Positions 55,621 through 64,000 of a stretch of DNA of 64,000 bases are shown here, one piece after another. Both the position numbers and the translations under genes were made by a program. A model generated the notes under the pieces. That model was not told the origin of the DNA. It worked only from the letters and a program-made list of their open reading frames with translations, and searched no databases. Origin of the DNA: Sphingobacteriales bacterium (GTDB taxonomy: Bacteria > Bacteroidota > Bacteroidia > Sphingobacteriales > Sphingobacteriaceae); NCBI GenBank assembly GCA_013298995.1, contig JAAFJW010000001.1:1047-65046 (forward strand), written 5' to 3'. Numbering within the stretch: position 1 is the first letter of the stretch; every line of letters starts with the position of its first letter.

Positions 55621-56243
55621 AATAAATACAGTTAACATTAAAAAGTACTATATTTTAATGTTAGCTAAGATTTTGGCATCAAACAGAAAGGAATAAATGT
55701 AGCTAAAATTAAAAAGTACTATATTTTAATGTTAGCTAAGATTTTGGCATCAAACAGAAAGGAATAAATGCAGCTAACATTGAAAAGTACTATATTTTAA
55801 TGTTAGATAAGATTTTGGCATCAAACAGAAAGGAATAAATGCAGCTAGCATTAAAAAGTACCATATTTTAATGTTAGATAAGATTTTGGCATCAAACACA
55901 ACAGCTAGCATTAAAAAGTACTATATTTTAATGTTAGATAAGATTTTGGCATCAAACAGAAAGGAATAAATACAGCTAGCATTAAAAAGTATTATATTTT
56001 AATGTTAGCTAAGATTTTGACATCAAACAGAAAGGAATAAATACATATAACATTAAAAAGCACTATATTTTAATGTTAGCTAAGATTTTGACATCAAACA
56101 GAAAGAAATAAATGCAGCTAACATTAAAAAGTGCTATATTTTAATGTTAGCTAAGATTTTGACATCAAACAGAAAGGAATAAATACAGCTAGCATTAAAA
56201 AGTGTTATATTTTAATGTTAGCTAAGATTTTGACATCAAACAC
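55621..56243. repeat. Tandem array of nine units (period 71 bp; one unit is 60 bp), each with a 14-bp-stem hairpin
   Basis: Hairpin anchors at 55629, 55700, 55771, 55842, 55902, 55973, 56044, 56115 and 56186. Unit consensus: AATAAATGCAGCTAACATTAAAAAGTACTATATTTTAATGTTAGCTAAGATTTTGGCATCAAACAGAAAGG. Confidence 0.95.
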
Positions 56244-56300
56244 ACCGTAAAACTATAAACAAAGCGTATAATAAAAGGGGGGTAAGAAATTACCTTTTCT

Positions 56301-56337
56301 AAAAACAAAAAAGCACCCTAGAAAATCTAAGGTGCTT
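56301..56337 (-). terminator. Intrinsic terminator downstream of tRNA-Val
   Basis: The minus strand reads AAGCACC-loop-GGTGCTT followed by TTTTTGTTTTT. Confidence 0.55.
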
Positions 56338-56415
56338 TGGTGGGAGATACTGGGTTCGAACCAGTGACCCCCTGCTTGTAAGGCAGGTGCTCTGAACCAG
56401 CTGAGCTAATCTCCC
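56338..56415 (-). tRNA. tRNA-Val (anticodon TAC), CCA encoded
   Basis: Hand-folded cloverleaf: acceptor GGGAGAT/ATCTCCC, D stem GCTC/GAGC, anticodon stem CCTGC/GCAGG with loop CTTACAA, T arm ACTGG-TTCGAAC-CCAGT, discriminator A plus CCA. Confidence 0.9.
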
Positions 56416-56553
56416 GAGTGGTTTTTTGTTATCAAAATACTAGAGTATTTCTGATTTGGGTTTGCAAAACTAATTTTTTAATTCCATTTTCCAAATTAAT
56501 TTTAACAATTTTTAAATTACCATCGTATATTAGTGCCATAAAACTTTAAAATA

Positions 56554-57513
56554 ATGGCAACAGTAAATATCCCCCGTTTAGATCTTAACAATTACACCAA
56601 TGGTAACGTACAACAGCGAAAGCAATTTTCCGATGCCATTGGCTCGGCATTTACCGATACTGGCTTTATAACCATTACCAACCACGGCTTAAACAAAACT
56701 TTAATAGATGCTTTGTACCAACAAGTTGAGCAGTTTTTTAGTTTGCCCGATGCCATAAAAAGCCAATACGAGAAAGTAGAACTAGCTGGCCAACGTGGTT
56801 ATACCACCAAAGGAAAAGAGAAAGCAAAAGATGCCAACACACCCGATTTAAAAGAATTTTGGCAAACTGGCCAATATGTAGAAGATGGCGATGCGATAAA
56901 AGCCGACTATCCAGATAATATGATAGTAACCGAATTACCCGCTTTTAATACCGTTACCAAACAAATTTATCAGCAATTAGAGCAAGCCGGAAAAATACTA
57001 TTACAAGCTATTTCGGTTTATTTGGGTTTGCCCGAAAATTATTTTAACGATAAAGTACATAATGGAAATTCTATTTTAAGAGCCATACATTATTTCCCGA
57101 TTTTAAACCCCGAAGCATTGCCCCACGATGCCGTAAGGGCTGGTGCACACGAAGATATTAACCTAATAACTTTATTAATTGGCGCAAGTGCCGATGGCCT
57201 TGAAGTGCTTACTCGCGATAACCAATGGTTTGCCATTAAAGCCCAAGGCGACGATATTGTGGTAAATGTAGGCGATATGTTGCAACGATTAACCAATAAT
57301 AAGCTACGCTCTACCACGCACCGTGTGGTAAACCCGCCAGTAGCATTAATGAAAAACTCTAGGTATTCGGTACCATTTTTTTTACACCCAAAAATGAGTA
57401 TGCCCTTAAATTGCTTACCCAACTGCGTAAATAGCCAAAATCCAATAGCATATAATGATATAACGGCAGGCGAATATTTGGACGAACGATTGAGAGAAAT
57501 AGGTTTAAAATAA
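56554..57513 (+). CDS. 2-oxoglutarate/Fe(II)-dependent oxygenase (isopenicillin-N-synthase-like)
   Basis: 319 aa. HxD (GAHEDINLITLL), distal His (STTHRV) and RYSVPFF (RxS) motifs. Confidence 0.8.
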   Translation: MATVNIPRLDLNNYTNGNVQQRKQFSDAIGSAFTDTGFITITNHGLNKTLIDALYQQVEQFFSLPDAIKSQYEKVELAGQRGYTTKGKEKAKDANTPDLKEFWQTGQYVEDGDAIKADYPDNMIVTELPAFNTVTKQIYQQLEQAGKILLQAISVYLGLPENYFNDKVHNGNSILRAIHYFPILNPEALPHDAVRAGAHEDINLITLLIGASADGLEVLTRDNQWFAIKAQGDDIVVNVGDMLQRLTNNKLRSTTHRVVNPPVALMKNSRYSVPFFLHPKMSMPLNCLPNCVNSQNPIAYNDITAGEYLDERLREIGLK

Positions 57514-57728
57514 GTAAATTAGGCTTTAATAAGGCGGTTAATAGCGTAAAATATATGTAAAATTAATAAAGATGATGGGTGTTGCTTTCAAAACTTTAAC
57601 CAAATGTAACACTTATCTAACAACGGTATTTTACCAATGAGCAAAAAATGAGGCGGTTAAAAAAAATATCTTTTTATTTTAAACAAAATATCTATTACCT
57701 TTAGCAAAAATTACTTAAATAAAATTTT

Positions 57729-58973
57729 ATGAAAAACAAATTACTACTGGCGATATTAGCCTTATCAATTGCATTTACTGCATGTAAAAAAAACGACGAT
57801 GGCGATGAGCCATCAGCCGAAGACCCTTTCAAATTAAGTTACTCCAACCTTACTGTTGAACAACATAAAAAAGACCTCGAAGCATCGGGCTTGGATTTTA
57901 TGAAAAAAATAAACAGTATGCCCGACGAAAAATTTATTAAGGTAATGAAAAATCTAAACGATTTGAACTTGGAGCTAACATCAAATAAGGTAAAAAAAAT
58001 GAACAGCTTTGCCGAAGCGGCATCTAATAAAAGTATGGCAAAGGTTTTAGAAACCGCCACCAGTACCGATACCGAAAAAATAAGCGATGGTTATGGTATT
58101 TACACTTACAACGTTAAGACAAAAGAATGGACTACTTCACCCTCTAAAGATAAATTGGAAATAAACTTTCCAGCTCTAGAAAATGGTACTAAAAACAATG
58201 CCAAAATTACTATGACTTATGTTTCATCTAACATTAAAGCAAGTTTAGAAGATGACCTATTAGAATTACCAAAATTAGCTTCGGCAATGTTGGTAGTTGA
58301 TGGTAAGGAAGAAATGAAATTTACATCTTCACACGAATATAAAGCAGATGGTACGCCAACTAAAACAGATATTAGCCTAAAAATGGGTTCGTTTACTATG
58401 GCTTTTAATGTGTCTAACACTACTGAAGTGCTAACCAACAGTTTTTCTTTTAGCAAAGGGTCAGAAACTTTGTTTAGTTTTAATTCTACTGGAAACGGTA
58501 CGCTAAATATTGGTACAGCAGATGGTGCTAAAGATGCAGCGGAAGTTATTAAAAATGCCAATGCAAATTTCGAAATAATGAACGTTAAATTCACTGGTAT
58601 ATTCGATATTAAAGGTTTTTCGGACGACCAAAAAACTTATGAAAAGTTGCTATCTGAATTTGAAAAAAACAAAAAAGAGGTAGCTGGTTTAAATAAATAT
58701 TCGCAGTTTATAGCTATAAACAAAACTAGTAATAGTATTATTGCTAAAACCGAGTTCTTTACAACCGAAAGCGAAAGTTGCTATAATAAATACATTCAGG
58801 TAAATTATCCACCATACTACAAATTTGAAAAAACATGTAACAGATATTACGATTGGGAGCCTCGTTTAGTTTTTAAAGATGGTTCTAAATTAAGCTTCGA
58901 AGCGTTTAAAGAAAATGGTTTTGCGATATTAATTAAAGAAATTGAAGATTATGGTGAAAAGTTTGAGCTATAA
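57729..58973 (+). CDS. Hypothetical lipoprotein
   Basis: Lipobox LALSIAFTACKK. No recognisable domain. Confidence 0.5.
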   Translation: MKNKLLLAILALSIAFTACKKNDDGDEPSAEDPFKLSYSNLTVEQHKKDLEASGLDFMKKINSMPDEKFIKVMKNLNDLNLELTSNKVKKMNSFAEAASNKSMAKVLETATSTDTEKISDGYGIYTYNVKTKEWTTSPSKDKLEINFPALENGTKNNAKITMTYVSSNIKASLEDDLLELPKLASAMLVVDGKEEMKFTSSHEYKADGTPTKTDISLKMGSFTMAFNVSNTTEVLTNSFSFSKGSETLFSFNSTGNGTLNIGTADGAKDAAEVIKNANANFEIMNVKFTGIFDIKGFSDDQKTYEKLLSEFEKNKKEVAGLNKYSQFIAINKTSNSIIAKTEFFTTESESCYNKYIQVNYPPYYKFEKTCNRYYDWEPRLVFKDGSKLSFEAFKENGFAILIKEIEDYGEKFEL

Positions 58974-58989
58974 TTAACTTTTAAAAAAA

Positions 58990-59020
58990 GGGAGCCTGTA
59001 AAAACAGGCTCCCTTTTTTT
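58990..59020. terminator. Bidirectional intrinsic terminator
   Basis: GGGAGCCTG-TAAAAA-CAGGCTCCC flanked by A- and T-runs, between convergent genes. Confidence 0.7.
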
Positions 59021-59867
59021 ATGGCTTTGCTACCACTTTATAAATGGTAGCACCATAGCCACACCAAATACCAATACCATTCCCGTTTATGTTAGATTTT
59101 ATTTTACCTGTTGAGCCTATTAATGGGTTTGATGAGTTTAAAACCTCATCTTGAAAGCTGCTCCAAAAATCGTAACCAGCCTTGGGCATGGTGGCAAATT
59201 TTACCAATACGGTATCTCCATAGTTAAAAAAAGGCTCGCTGGCTACCGTTAAATTATTTTCGGGGGCTCGGTTTACTTGCAAGGTAAAATCTTTACCATT
59301 AAAAAATTTATCGTCGTAGTTTGATAAAAGTGTGGGTATAAATCGTTTGCCAGTATCTAGCTTGGTGTACAGTTTATAATAATTTTTTTCGCTACCATTA
59401 TCTAAAAACTGGGTTTGTAGTTGTAACTTGTTATTGTTTTTGGGTACAAACCATATTTTGGTAAGTGCCACAGGTTGGGGTATGGTGGTTTGTGATGTAA
59501 GTGTAAAACCTGCATATTCGATAGTAAGGTTGTAGGTTTTGCCTGCTTCGCCTTTTAGCTCGGTACCTTTATATACAAACGAAGGGAAATAATTGGCATC
59601 TTTTCCGCCAGTTAAAATTTCGGTATTTAGGCCATCGCTTACCGTTACTTTGGCGTATCTAATTATTATTTCGCTTAGTTGCGCCGAATCTACGGAAGTA
59701 AAAAAAGGAAGATTATGGGTTAAAATTACGTGTGGGTATTGTCCATCCTCAATCCAACCTTCTACCACAAATTTTGGCGAATAATTTTTACGGCTGTTTA
59801 TATCGTTTTTCTCGCATCCTACAATTATAAAAAAAAATGCGAGGGCTATAATGGCTTTTTGTATCAT
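59019..59867 (-). CDS. DUF4249-like lipoprotein (partner of the upstream TonB-dependent receptor)
   Basis: I prefer ATG 59867 (MIQKAIIALAFFFIIVGCEKN, a lipobox). The track's longer start at 60011 reads through the palindromic repeat. The pairing with a CarboxypepD_reg-TonB receptor is typical. Confidence 0.6.
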   Translation of the reverse strand: MIQKAIIALAFFFIIVGCEKNDINSRKNYSPKFVVEGWIEDGQYPHVILTHNLPFFTSVDSAQLSEIIIRYAKVTVSDGLNTEILTGGKDANYFPSFVYKGTELKGEAGKTYNLTIEYAGFTLTSQTTIPQPVALTKIWFVPKNNNKLQLQTQFLDNGSEKNYYKLYTKLDTGKRFIPTLLSNYDDKFFNGKDFTLQVNRAPENNLTVASEPFFNYGDTVLVKFATMPKAGYDFWSSFQDEVLNSSNPLIGSTGKIKSNINGNGIGIWCGYGATIYKVVAKP

Positions 59868-59927
59868 ATTAATTTGCTTTAGAGGGTTGTTGTTGCTCAA
59901 TGATTTTTGTTTTTTAGGTGCGTTAAC

Positions 59928-60028
59928 GATTGCAACGGCATCCTTTTTATCCATAGCCCCCATCTTGGGCTGTTGGCAAATGGGGGCTATGGATAAAAAG
60001 ATATAGTGCAAAGCGTGTTAAAACGCCC
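59928..60028. repeat. GC-rich nested-palindrome element, copy B
   Basis: GTGCGTTAACGAT...CATCCTTTTTATCCATAGCCCCCA / TGGGGGCTATGGATAAAAAGATA...AAGCGTGTTAAAACGCCC. The outer frame is shared with 15606-15731. Confidence 0.8.
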
Positions 60029-60076
60029 AAATATGGTTAAAACATTTATAAACAAATTATTACATAGATAAATCTT

Positions 60077-62485
60077 TTAGTTAAAAATTATTTTGTAATT
60101 AATGGCAGGCAAAATGGGCAATAATGCTACTGACTGGGGTTGTATGCTTACTTTTAGTTTATTCAAATCGCCTTTGGCCATAAAAAATGTATAAATAGGA
60201 TTTTGCCTATTGTAAAGGTTATAAACCGAAAACGAAAGTTCGGATTGTAACTTTTTTCGTGGTTTCATTTTATAAACAATTGCGGCATCTAGCCTGTGGT
60301 AAGCGGGCATTCGGCTACCATTAAATGGGCCGTATTCGTTCACTATATTGCCACCAATGGTAAACCTACTTACGGGCATTGTAAAGGCATTGCCCGTTGC
60401 ATAAGTAAATGCGCTTGATATATTCCACTTTGCGCCAAGCTGATAATTGCAAACCAACGAAAAATCGTGTCGCCTATCGTACTTAAACGGGAAAGGCTTT
60501 CCTTCATTTAGGTCGGCAAAATTTCGGTTACTTTTTGATAGCGTGTAGCCCGCCCAGCCTGTTAACTTGCCTTTTACTTTTTTGATAAAAAACTCGGCAC
60601 CATAAGCATTACCTGTGCCATTGTATAAATTATCTTCTATTTTTAAATTGTCAAGCAAATTCATTATCCCGCCCGAAAACTCAACCAAGCCTTTCATATT
60701 TTTATAAAAGGCATCAGCATAAGTTTGGTAAGTACCATTTTTAAAGTTTTTAAAATAGCCCAAACTTGTTTGGTATCCTTTTTCGGGTGGTAGGCCAGCA
60801 AGGGAAGGCATCCAAAAATCGGCAGGGAAATTAACCGCCGTAACCGATATTAAATGTATGGGTTGCACATTTCTGGAGATGGCTAATTTTAAACTGGCAT
60901 TGGCGTTAAAAGCGTAACGAAAAGTAAGCGATGGTTCTACAAATACATAGGGTGTAATGGTTTTATTGCTAGCGTATTGTGTTTTATTGTTGAGCTCATC
61001 AGTTGCGGTAAATGGGCCTTTATGCCTGTAATAGGTAAGCCTTGTGCCAGCGTAAATGGCAATTTTATCGTTAAAGGTAAATTCATCACTCAAAAAAACA
61101 GCACTTTCGTCGGCATGGTAAATATTGGCTGTGCCAAAATCGAGCTCGGTATTTAATGATTTTGCGTAAGGTGTATTGGGTTTAAACTGGTGATTGGTAT
61201 AGTGGAAACCCGCTTTAATTATTTGCTTATTAAGCTGATAGGTTAAGTAGCTTTTAAAGCTATAATCTTTAATATTAGAGGCTATGCGGGCGGTATATTG
61301 GTCTTGTGCCATCCCAAAATTAAAATTATAGCTGCTATGCGTTAGTGTGGTATTTAAAATTAGGCTTGTATCAATTATGCGTTTCCAGTTTAATGATAAG
61401 GCGGTATTTTGCCAGTTCATATTGTTGTTGATACTAAATTGGGTTATATCAAAGCCAAAATCATCACCACCTGTAAAAGCCGAAATGTACAGGAAATCTT
61501 TTTTGGATAATTGGGCATTGGATGTGAAATTTACATCATAAAAATCGTATTTGGCTTTATTAAAAAACGGTGAATTAAGGTTTAGTTTACTTAAAAGTGG
61601 CCATACAGTATAATTCATAAAGGTTTTGCGGGCGGCAAGGTTAATGCTCCATTTGGTGGTGATGGGTAAAGTGATATTTGCAGCAGCATAATAAAGCCCT
61701 AAGTCGGCTTCTGTTTTTAGCGAATCGGCAATTTTTTTGGAGCTATTTACTTCAATTAACGATGCCAGCCTGCCCACTTGTGCTGCGGGTACACCTGTTT
61801 TGTACAATTTAACCTCGTTTACTACCGCCGAATTAAAAACCGAAAACAAGCCCAATAAATGCGATGGGTTATAAATAATGGCATCGTTTAAAAGGGTAAG
61901 ATTTTGCCCTGCGCTGCCACCTCTGATATACATCCCCGAGTTTCCTTCGCCACCTTTACCTACGCCTGGGAGGGTTTGTAGGGCTTTTATGGGGTCGGTT
62001 TGTCCCAAAAAACTAGGTACTTTTTCTAAATCTTGCTTGGTAAAAATAGTTACATTGGCATCGGTAGATAGTATTTTGTTATTAGGTTGTGCTTGGGTTA
62101 CGGCTACTTCGTTTATATGGATAAATGTGGGTTTTAAATACAGTTTTAAATTGGTTTCGCCTAGCACATGTACCGTTTGGTATAATGTATCGAAACCTAA
62201 GCTGGAAAGTACAAAAATATAGTTTCCGTTATTTAAATACGTTTTAAAATAGCCATTTTTTAGCGTTGTGGTGATGTTTTGTGTTTTAATTTCGATTTTA
62301 ACTTTGGCTATCGGGTTATTGCTTGCTTGTTCATAAACATAACCATTAACCAAATTTTGGCTTTGTGCTACAAGGCAACTACTGCATAATAAAAACAGTA
62401 AAAAAAGTTTTTTTACGGTACTAGCTGGCAATTTTTGCCATTTTAAATGCTTATTTTGGTAGGATGATGAGTAGTTGTAAATCAA
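60077..62485 (-). CDS. TonB-dependent receptor with carboxypeptidase-regulatory-like N-domain
   Basis: About 800 aa. NGYVYEQASNNPIAKVKIEIK (CarboxypepD_reg-like), plug (DPIKALQTLPGVGKGGEGNSGMYIRGG) and a beta-barrel ending ...INYKIIFN. There are only TTG starts (62485 or 62431); the latter gives a clean signal peptide. Confidence 0.8.
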   Translation of the reverse strand: MIYNYSSSYQNKHLKWQKLPASTVKKLFLLFLLCSSCLVAQSQNLVNGYVYEQASNNPIAKVKIEIKTQNITTTLKNGYFKTYLNNGNYIFVLSSLGFDTLYQTVHVLGETNLKLYLKPTFIHINEVAVTQAQPNNKILSTDANVTIFTKQDLEKVPSFLGQTDPIKALQTLPGVGKGGEGNSGMYIRGGSAGQNLTLLNDAIIYNPSHLLGLFSVFNSAVVNEVKLYKTGVPAAQVGRLASLIEVNSSKKIADSLKTEADLGLYYAAANITLPITTKWSINLAARKTFMNYTVWPLLSKLNLNSPFFNKAKYDFYDVNFTSNAQLSKKDFLYISAFTGGDDFGFDITQFSINNNMNWQNTALSLNWKRIIDTSLILNTTLTHSSYNFNFGMAQDQYTARIASNIKDYSFKSYLTYQLNKQIIKAGFHYTNHQFKPNTPYAKSLNTELDFGTANIYHADESAVFLSDEFTFNDKIAIYAGTRLTYYRHKGPFTATDELNNKTQYASNKTITPYVFVEPSLTFRYAFNANASLKLAISRNVQPIHLISVTAVNFPADFWMPSLAGLPPEKGYQTSLGYFKNFKNGTYQTYADAFYKNMKGLVEFSGGIMNLLDNLKIEDNLYNGTGNAYGAEFFIKKVKGKLTGWAGYTLSKSNRNFADLNEGKPFPFKYDRRHDFSLVCNYQLGAKWNISSAFTYATGNAFTMPVSRFTIGGNIVNEYGPFNGSRMPAYHRLDAAIVYKMKPRKKLQSELSFSVYNLYNRQNPIYTFFMAKGDLNKLKVSIQPQSVALLPILPAINYKIIFN

Positions 62486-62728
62486 AAAGATAGGTATGTT
62501 TGTGATAATATTAAAAAAATAGCCTACAACAGCCCATTTATTATTTTATTGGGTTGATATTGCTTGGTGCAAAATAATGAAAACATGTAGCTTCGCATAA
62601 AAATATGTGGTTTATTTGAAATCATATATTTTTATTAAATCAACTTATACATATTTGAATTTAATTTTATTTAAGTTTGATAGAAAAAACAATCATCTTA
62701 CAGCCCTAAGTAAACCCACCCCAATTTA

Positions 62729-63739
62729 ATGCCCATCTCCCACAAAAATATTTTAGTAATTGACGATGAAGATAAACTACGGGGTTTGTTATGCCGTATT
62801 TTAAGCCTAGAAGGTTACCATATTTTTGATGCTGCATCGGCCAAAGCTGGGTTAAAAATTTTACAAACCGAAGATATACAAGTAGTTTTAAGCGATGTAA
62901 AACTACCCGACATAAACGGTATTGAACTTACCGAAACAATAAAAACCCAATACCCACACATAGAAATTATAAACCTTACCGCCTACGGCACCATTGCCGA
63001 TGGCGTAAAAGCCATACAAAAAGGGGCTTTCGATTACATTACCAAAGGCGACGATAACGATAAAATAATACCCCTAGTAAGCAAAGCAATGGAAAAAGCA
63101 TTGCTACAAAAACGGGTTAAAGAGCTAGAAAACAAAATAGCACAAGGCTTTGGTTTCGATACCATTTTGGGCCGCTCGGGCGGGATTTTAGAAGCCATAA
63201 ACCTGGCCCAAAAAGTTTGCCCTACCGATACCACCGTTTTATTATTGGGCGAAACTGGTACAGGGAAAGAAGTTTTTGCGCAAGCCATACATTACCAAAG
63301 TAGCCGAAAACACAAAAATTTTGTAGCCATTAATTGCAGTGCTTTATCTAAAGATATTTTAGAAAGTGAACTTTTTGGCCATAAAGCTGGTGCATTTACA
63401 GGCGCATTAAAAGATAAAAAAGGCCTATTTGAAGAGGCCGACCAAGGCACTATTTTTTTAGACGAAATTGGCGAAATGGATACCGAACTGCAAGCAAAAT
63501 TGCTACGGGTTTTAGAAGCTGGCACATTTATAAAAGTAGGAAGCACCCAAACCGTAAAAGTAAATGTGCGGGTAATTGCCGCCACCAACCGTAATTTACA
63601 ACAGCAAAGCAACGAGGGAAAATTCAGGTTAGACCTTTTTTATAGGTTATCCGTTTTTGCCATTACCCTGCCATCGCTAAATCAAAGGTTAGATGATATT
63701 CTATACAGCAACTTTCAACTAGTTGATTTACATATATAA
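62729..63739 (+). pseudogene. Sigma-54-dependent response regulator (NtrC-like), 3'-truncated
   Basis: Receiver domain (ILVIDDE...SDVKLPD). AAA+ domain with GETGTGKE, GAFTGA, and the FLDEIGEM...VIAATN region. After ...LPSLNQRLDDI the frame diverges and stops, so the rest of the AAA+ lid and the C-terminal HTH are missing. Confidence 0.75.
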
Positions 63740-63929
63740 TTTTCTATAAAAATCCGCACAAGCTGCTGTTTTAAAACTTTTTATAGGGAAAATTGAGCCT
63801 TATTGGGGGAAAGTTGGAAAACCAAGGCCAGCATTTCATCACATCAGCTAGCCCCGCCATCCGCTCATACGCCCACAGGCCTTAGGCTCAAGGCCGGTAT
63901 CCGCTGCTGTCGGGTTTAGGTACGCAGGG

Positions 63930-63968
63930 CGGTGCTTTTTAACGCAGGTCCTTGCACCGTATTTTTTT
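63930..63968 (+). terminator. Possible intrinsic terminator at the end of the GC-rich segment
   Basis: CGGTGC...GCACCG stem (long loop with an inner GCAGG/CTTGC pairing) followed by TATTTTTTT. Confidence 0.35.
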
Positions 63969-64000
63969 CTACAGCCAGCTTTGTGTGCTTTGCGCCTTCG

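Noticed and set aside
55621-56243. Possible CRISPR array (regular repeats containing a palindrome).
   Set aside because: The entire 71-bp unit is repeated, so there are no unique spacers. No cas genes are present in the window. The pattern fits a minisatellite or tandem duplication.
63780-63970. Known structured RNA (RNase P, tmRNA, SRP RNA, group II intron end, common riboswitches).
   Set aside because: I could not find any hallmark motif by eye on either strand. Motifs checked were GAGGAAAGTCCGGGC, the tmRNA tag/acceptor, the SRP GGAAGGAAGCAG-type motif, and the GTGCG 5' end with a domain V. The segment remains unassigned.

Overview
This is a Bacteroidota-type chromosomal segment, judged from the SusC/SusD pair, a UpxY-like antiterminator, TAnnTTTG -7 boxes and a TonB-receptor/DUF4249 pair.

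**Layout**
- 1-4170: SusD (partial) and SusC.
- 4.8-9.3 kb: housekeeping genes (NlpC/P60 peptidase, pdhA, E2 acetyltransferase, GDP-fucose synthase).
- About 9.4-53.2 kb: a very large mosaic surface-polysaccharide super-locus. It holds a WecA-like initiating transferase, Wza/Wzc-like export proteins, UpxY, an AsnB-GT4 fusion, Wzm/Wzt, a markedly AT-rich block of about 12 transferase and modification genes (26-38.8 kb), and a second GT/Wzy-like/exosortase-like/WcaF-like block (44.5-53.2 kb).
- 53.4-64 kb: recO, a small basic secreted protein, a Fic protein, a 71-bp tandem array, tRNA-Val(TAC), a 2OG oxygenase, a lipoprotein, DUF4249 plus a TonB-dependent receptor, and a 3'-truncated sigma-54 response regulator that runs into GC-rich sequence.

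**Selfish-gene islands in the polysaccharide locus.** No recombinase gene is visible in any of them.
1. 19.5-25.3 kb splits wzm from wzt.
2. 38.8-44.5 kb.
3. A solitary DUF4143 ATPase at 45.9-47.2 kb.

**Most interesting signals**
- A GIY-YIG mini-cassette sits inside a hairpin/13-mer array. An unoccupied copy of the same site and a third solo hairpin are nearby. Four remnants of one glycosyltransferase 3' end abut these hairpins.
- The gene pair retropepsin-like aspartic protease + DUF4143 ATPase occurs twice. One copy is framed by exactly phased 33-bp iterons that start where a YhcG/DUF1016 pseudogene is truncated.
- A stack of serially truncated toxin-antitoxin modules.
- Nine 71-bp hairpin units lie between the fic promoter and tRNA-Val.
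- A 20-bp perfect inverted repeat, built from TAG-rich tracts, brackets 8.2 kb.

All calls rest on reading the sequence and recognising motifs by eye. No database search was possible.
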